Source of the DNA: an uncultured delta proteobacterium
GTDB lineage: Bacteria > Bdellovibrionota_C > UBA2361 > OMII01
Direction of reading: 5' to 3'
Assembly: GCA_903920005.1 (NCBI GenBank)
Contig: CAIXKI010000098.1
Location: 1 to 50,265, forward strand
Length of the DNA: 50,265 bases
Shown: one piece after another, positions 46,407 to 50,265 of the stretch
How positions within the stretch are numbered: position 1 is the stretch's first letter
Layout: each line of letters starts with the position of its first letter
Translations under genes and position numbers: made by a program
Notes under the pieces: generated by a model
Told to the model about the DNA's origin: nothing
The model's input: the letters and a program-made list of their open reading frames with translations, nothing else
Database searches by the model: none

Positions 46407-47915
46407 ATGAGTAGTTCGTTCGTTTCTCTTTATCCAACGGAGCTTGAGCCATCCAACACTGACGATGGACCGTTTGCGACGCTCTTGAACCGTGACGCGA
46501 TCTTCAAGAAGCTTGGCGCACGAACGTCTCTTGATGTTCTCGTTATCGGTGGCGGTGGGGTTGGGGCGCTCGTCGCGCGTGACGCCGCCTTACGCGGGTT
46601 GCGAGTGCTTGTTGTGGAGCGGGGATTCTTCGGTGATCGCGCTGAGCGTTGGCGAGGAAGATTCTCTCTCGCTGTCCGTTCGGAAGTAGGGCGGATGCTG
46701 GGCTCGGCTTTTAGGATAAGGTCCCTCTCTCGAAGGATCTTGGGGGATCTCACTGAGATTACGCCGACTGATCCAGGGCTTAAACTGGGCAGATGTCGGT
46801 CCATGGCAGTTGGTATTCTAGGCAGGTTTTGGGGGGCTTCGTCCCCTGCGAGGGGCGCTTTAGGCGTTCCCGATCTTGACGAGCGAATCCTAACCCGTGA
46901 GCTTATACTCGCGGCTCGACAGGAGGGCGCTTTCGTACTGTCAAATGCTGAAGCTGCTTTTGTTGAGCGGGTTGCGGATAATGGATCTTTCCGGATAGGA
47001 GTAAGAGACCTGCTCTCGGATGAACTTCAAGAAGTTACCGTGAAAGCTGTAGTTGTTACTCCCGCGCAGGGCTCTCCGGTGGTTACTCGTTTGGGAACGC
47101 CCCTGCTTCCCAATCAAAATCAGGAGACCCCCGTCGTTATCTCTGTGTGCGCGGTCAATCCAAGAAATATTCGCTCCGGAGAACCTCTTCTTTCTCTCGA
47201 GCTTTCAGATGGTTCTCTGGCGGTGGTTGAGAAGATAGCGGAGGGGCTAGTCGAGGTCTCCCTGCATTTCGCGGGAGTAGTGCCAGAGGAGGTGGATCTC
47301 TCTGTGCTCATAGAAGAGGCTTGTCGCGAGGCTGGATGGAATGTTCAGCAGGAAGTGAGTCGTACGAAAACTGGGCGTCGACGTGCGTCGCGTACATCCG
47401 TGACTGAAAAGAAGGGGCTCGTCATTATTCAAGAAAAGTATCCGTGGGATATGGAGTCGATATCGCTCGCGGCGCAGAAGCATATTACTACCCATCTTGG
47501 CGAGGCTTCTGCCGGTACCTCTGCGCGGGTTTCGCGAGACTTGCCAGGTTCCGAGAGGGCCTGTGAGATTAGCGCGTTTAGGGCTCTCGCGCGGACCAAC
47601 GGAGTGAGGGAGGGTACTATTGAGCTCGTGGTGAAACGATGGCGTGGTCGTGTGCGGTATCTGGATAGCTTTGAGGATGGTTTTAAAGAGGTATGTCCAG
47701 GCGTGCTTAAAGGAGAGATCGCCCTTGCTCTCGCAAGTGATCAGGTTGCAAGTCTTGAAGACCTACTCTTCGGATCTCTTCAACTACACTACCTTCCCAA
47801 CTGGCGTGGTAGTATTCCGGCGATCGTTCAAGCCGCATCGGTATTTCGAAGCATCCCCGCGTCGGCGGAGGATGTTAAGCGAGCGATCTCTCGAGTTGCG
47901 CCGCCTACGGCTTAA
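46407..47915 (+). CDS. Diverged FAD-dependent glycerol-3-phosphate dehydrogenase (GlpD)-like protein
   Basis: DVLVIGGG..GA.VARDAALRGL.V.VVE, D.R.L..ELI.AAR.EGA, and C-terminal GEI.LA...DQVASLEDLL. Core catalytic motifs are missing. Confidence 0.75.
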   Translation: MSSSFVSLYPTELEPSNTDDGPFATLLNRDAIFKKLGARTSLDVLVIGGGGVGALVARDAALRGLRVLVVERGFFGDRAERWRGRFSLAVRSEVGRMLGSAFRIRSLSRRILGDLTEITPTDPGLKLGRCRSMAVGILGRFWGASSPARGALGVPDLDERILTRELILAARQEGAFVLSNAEAAFVERVADNGSFRIGVRDLLSDELQEVTVKAVVVTPAQGSPVVTRLGTPLLPNQNQETPVVISVCAVNPRNIRSGEPLLSLELSDGSLAVVEKIAEGLVEVSLHFAGVVPEEVDLSVLIEEACREAGWNVQQEVSRTKTGRRRASRTSVTEKKGLVIIQEKYPWDMESISLAAQKHITTHLGEASAGTSARVSRDLPGSERACEISAFRALARTNGVREGTIELVVKRWRGRVRYLDSFEDGFKEVCPGVLKGEIALALASDQVASLEDLLFGSLQLHYLPNWRGSIPAIVQAASVFRSIPASAEDVKRAISRVAPPTA

Positions 47916-48936
47916 GAATGATCTTTCCAAACTGATGGCCCTCTTCCAGACGCTTAATCATAGTAAGACCGTCAGAGAGTGGTGCCACTGAATCGATCGG
48001 AATTCTGATCTTGTTTTGGAAGATGAACTCCATCGCCTCGGTAAAGTCAGAACGGCTACCCATCGTTGAGCCGATCAGAGAAACCTGCTTTGTGAAGAGG
48101 AGTCGATTGTCAAAGGATAACTCGTATCCTTTTGTATTTCCGACCGTAACTATTCGCCCCCCGCGAGCCACGGCTCGTAAGCTCTTGGAGAATGTTTTAG
48201 CGCCTACATTGTCGATCACCACATCGACTCCGCGGCCCTTGGTGAGTTTGAGAACTTCGGTTGGCCAATCCTGGTGCTGCGTGTAGTCAATGACTGAGTT
48301 GGCGCCGAGTTGACGGGCTTTTTCGATCTTATCAGGAGAGGAAGAGAGCGCGATAACTGAGGCTCCAGCCGCTTTTGAAAGAAGGATAGAGAGAGAGTTT
48401 ACTCCTCCCCCAGCTCCTACGACGAGGACGCTCTCACCGGGACGTAGTTGAGATCTCTTAAAGAGCATCCTCCAGCATGTCAGTCCTACTAACAGAGGAG
48501 CTGCGCCCTCCTCGAATGATATCGAGTCTGGAAGTCGATAGAGGTTACTGGCCGGAACGCAGACGTATTCAGCGAGCCCACCCTTTACTTGCTCTCCTAG
48601 GATTTTAAAGCCCGGACTCAAGCTGTCTTCCCCTTTGCGGGTCCACTCATCATCGTGCGTTATGATTCCAGGATTGACGATCACGCGAGTGCCCGGTGAC
48701 CACGTTGTGCCCGGGCTGTTTACAGCGACTACTTCGCCGGCCACGTCGGAACCGGTGATGTGAGGCATGTCTAGGTTAAGACCCTTCCATCCCCGACGGA
48801 CCCAGATATCGAGGTGATTGAGCGCGACCGCGCGTACACGGACGAGTGCCTCTCCGAGTCTAGGCTCAGGTTGCGGGAGCTCCGCATATTTTAGGGTATT
48901 AATCTCACCGTGTTGTTCGAAGAATATCGCTTTCAT
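47905..48936 (-). CDS. MDR-superfamily (zinc-binding ADH / quinone oxidoreductase-like) protein
   Basis: MKAI.F.QHG, ALNHLD.W.RRG, PHI.GSD.AGEV, GAGGGV, GRGVDVVIDNVG and FGKIIL. Confidence 0.92.
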   Translation of the reverse strand: MKAIFFEQHGEINTLKYAELPQPEPRLGEALVRVRAVALNHLDIWVRRGWKGLNLDMPHITGSDVAGEVVAVNSPGTTWSPGTRVIVNPGIITHDDEWTRKGEDSLSPGFKILGEQVKGGLAEYVCVPASNLYRLPDSISFEEGAAPLLVGLTCWRMLFKRSQLRPGESVLVVGAGGGVNSLSILLSKAAGASVIALSSSPDKIEKARQLGANSVIDYTQHQDWPTEVLKLTKGRGVDVVIDNVGAKTFSKSLRAVARGGRIVTVGNTKGYELSFDNRLLFTKQVSLIGSTMGSRSDFTEAMEFIFQNKIRIPIDSVAPLSDGLTMIKRLEEGHQFGKIILKP

Positions 48937-49230
48937 ACGTGTATCGTTTCGGGTAGGCGCCAACTGTCGAAGCGCATGAGCTTGCTTCTTCCCTCTAGAT
49001 AACCACTCCATTGGCGACCCAGGCAAGAAGAAAGAGAGGTCTGCGCGGTACGGGAGCTCAAAGGGGAGTTTCTTGGTGCATATATAGGCTGGGTTTACGG
49101 GGCGTGTTCATGGGGCTAGGGGTTCCCTCTCGATTCTGGGAAGCGCCGCGCTCTATTTTTTTGACCGGGAAGGACTCAGATGTGTTCGGATTATGGGAGC
49201 TCTATCGCCGGATTTTTTGCATCCGAAGAG

Positions 49231-50082
49231 TTACGGGTGGGTAAGAACAACGCAGTGCCATCCGTTATCACTGCGCTCTGAGACTACGCTCCACCCGTGT
49301 TTCTCAGAATATTCGTCGATCACAACGTCTCGTACGAGCTCGGTAATACCCGAAAGAATAGTTGTGCAGCCTGGTAAGGCGAGCCGTGTTATGTGAGGTG
49401 CCATCTGAACAAGAACTTCGCCATAGATGTTCGCGATTATCAAGTTTGCGGGAGTCGCTACGTCCTCTATCGGCATTGTGTTTGGGGTGATGAGGTGTGA
49501 TAGCTCGTTGAGCTTCACGTTGTCTACGGCGTTCGCGATTGCGTACCCGTCGTTATCGATCGCTTCAACCGTAGTGTTAAAGAGTTTCGCCGCGGCGATA
49601 GCAAGGATACCGCTTCCTGTTCCTATATCGATGATTGAGAGTTTATGGTTTGAGAGATCTGCCGCGCGAGCGCTTAATTCCTCTACAATCATTCGAGTGG
49701 TTGGATGGTGGCCCGTCCCAAATCCCTGGCCGGGGATAATAAGGAGCGTTGATGGGTCAGAGGGGTGGTTGGAGTGTAGCGACTGAACCGGGACGATGCG
49801 GAGATGCCCGGCGATTACGGGCTCCCAAAGTTCGGAGCAGTTCTCCGACCAATTCTCCTCCGCGACCTCTTCGTCTGATAGTAAGGAGCATAGAGCTCTC
49901 GTCGCGCATTCAATAACGGGTTCGATCTCGGACGTTGCGGTGTCGATGTAGCACACAATGCGACCGGTTTGATCGATGTGGGCCCCACCGGCTCCGATAG
50001 AGATAAACTCACAGCATAGGGCGTCCACATCGTCTGTGGAGCAGGAGGAGGGAGGAGCGAAGGTGAGCTGTCGCCACGTCAT
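49231..50082 (-). CDS. prmA: Ribosomal protein L11 methyltransferase
   Basis: EENW, IPGQGFGTGHHPTTRM, DIGTGSGILAIAAAKL, IDND..AI.NA..N..LN, ANI and ILSGI. Confidence 0.93.
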   Translation of the reverse strand: MTWRQLTFAPPSSCSTDDVDALCCEFISIGAGGAHIDQTGRIVCYIDTATSEIEPVIECATRALCSLLSDEEVAEENWSENCSELWEPVIAGHLRIVPVQSLHSNHPSDPSTLLIIPGQGFGTGHHPTTRMIVEELSARAADLSNHKLSIIDIGTGSGILAIAAAKLFNTTVEAIDNDGYAIANAVDNVKLNELSHLITPNTMPIEDVATPANLIIANIYGEVLVQMAPHITRLALPGCTTILSGITELVRDVVIDEYSEKHGWSVVSERSDNGWHCVVLTHP

Positions 50083-50093
50083 AGGGCCTCACG

Positions 50094-50139
50094 AAAAAGC
50101 CCCGTGGGAGTCCGTCTTGGGACGGCTACCCATCGGGGC
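50094..50139 (-). terminator. Intrinsic terminator after thioredoxin
   Basis: - strand GCCCCG-A-UGGG-UAG-CCGUC[CCAA]GACGG-ACU-CCCA-CGGGGC followed by UUUUU. Confidence 0.7.
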
Positions 50140-50165
50140 GGTGGGAATAACACCCAGCGTGGATA

Positions 50166-50265
50166 CTAGAGGGCCTTCTTGATGGTTGCGATAAGCTGAT
50201 CCTTAGGAACAGCACCAACGACACGATCTACCTCAGCTCCACCCTTGAAAATGATGAGGTTAGGA
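50166..50265 (-). CDS. trxA: Thioredoxin, C-terminal part only (truncated by the window edge, not in the ORF track)
   Basis: - strand reads ...[32 protein letters not shown], the typical thioredoxin C-terminus. The WCGPC site lies outside the window. Confidence 0.8.
   Translation of the reverse strand, partial: PNLIIFKGGAEVDRVVGAVPKDQLIATIKKAL

Overview
Gene-dense, roughly 53% GC (estimated by eye) bacterial chromosomal segment, mostly housekeeping genes on the + strand. The proteins look deltaproteobacterial or Bdellovibrionota-like, which is an inference. In order: GT4 glycosyltransferase, MthK-like K+ channel, TPP riboswitch plus TonB-dependent receptor, low-complexity lipoprotein, ligA, a large Thr/Pro-repeat membrane protein (- strand), gltX-efp-greA, dnaG-rpoD, lipoprotein-dapA-dapB, IclR regulator, acyl-CoA dehydrogenase, Hpt protein, a partial complex I operon (nuoCDEGHJKLMN, no A/B/F/I), small lipoprotein, TPR and membrane genes, then dcd-like, tRNA nucleotidyltransferase, degenerate ArgRS and SPOR genes, a PP2C phosphatase, purH-purD, a degenerate GlpD, an MDR oxidoreductase, prmA and the 3' end of thioredoxin. 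I saw no mobile elements, CRISPR arrays, rRNA or tRNA genes. The strongest novelty candidate is an intact arginyl-tRNA synthetase paralogue with an eroded active site, at an argS-SPOR-type locus and translationally coupled to an A-adding-type tRNA nucleotidyltransferase. Other leads are a second pseudoenzyme (GlpD-like), a fibronectin type II-like Cys-rich lipoprotein, an internal AGGAGG/GTG start in the K+ channel gene, and an EF-P with Asn at the modified position. All family calls are by motif recognition and reference consensus strings are quoted from memory. No searches were run.
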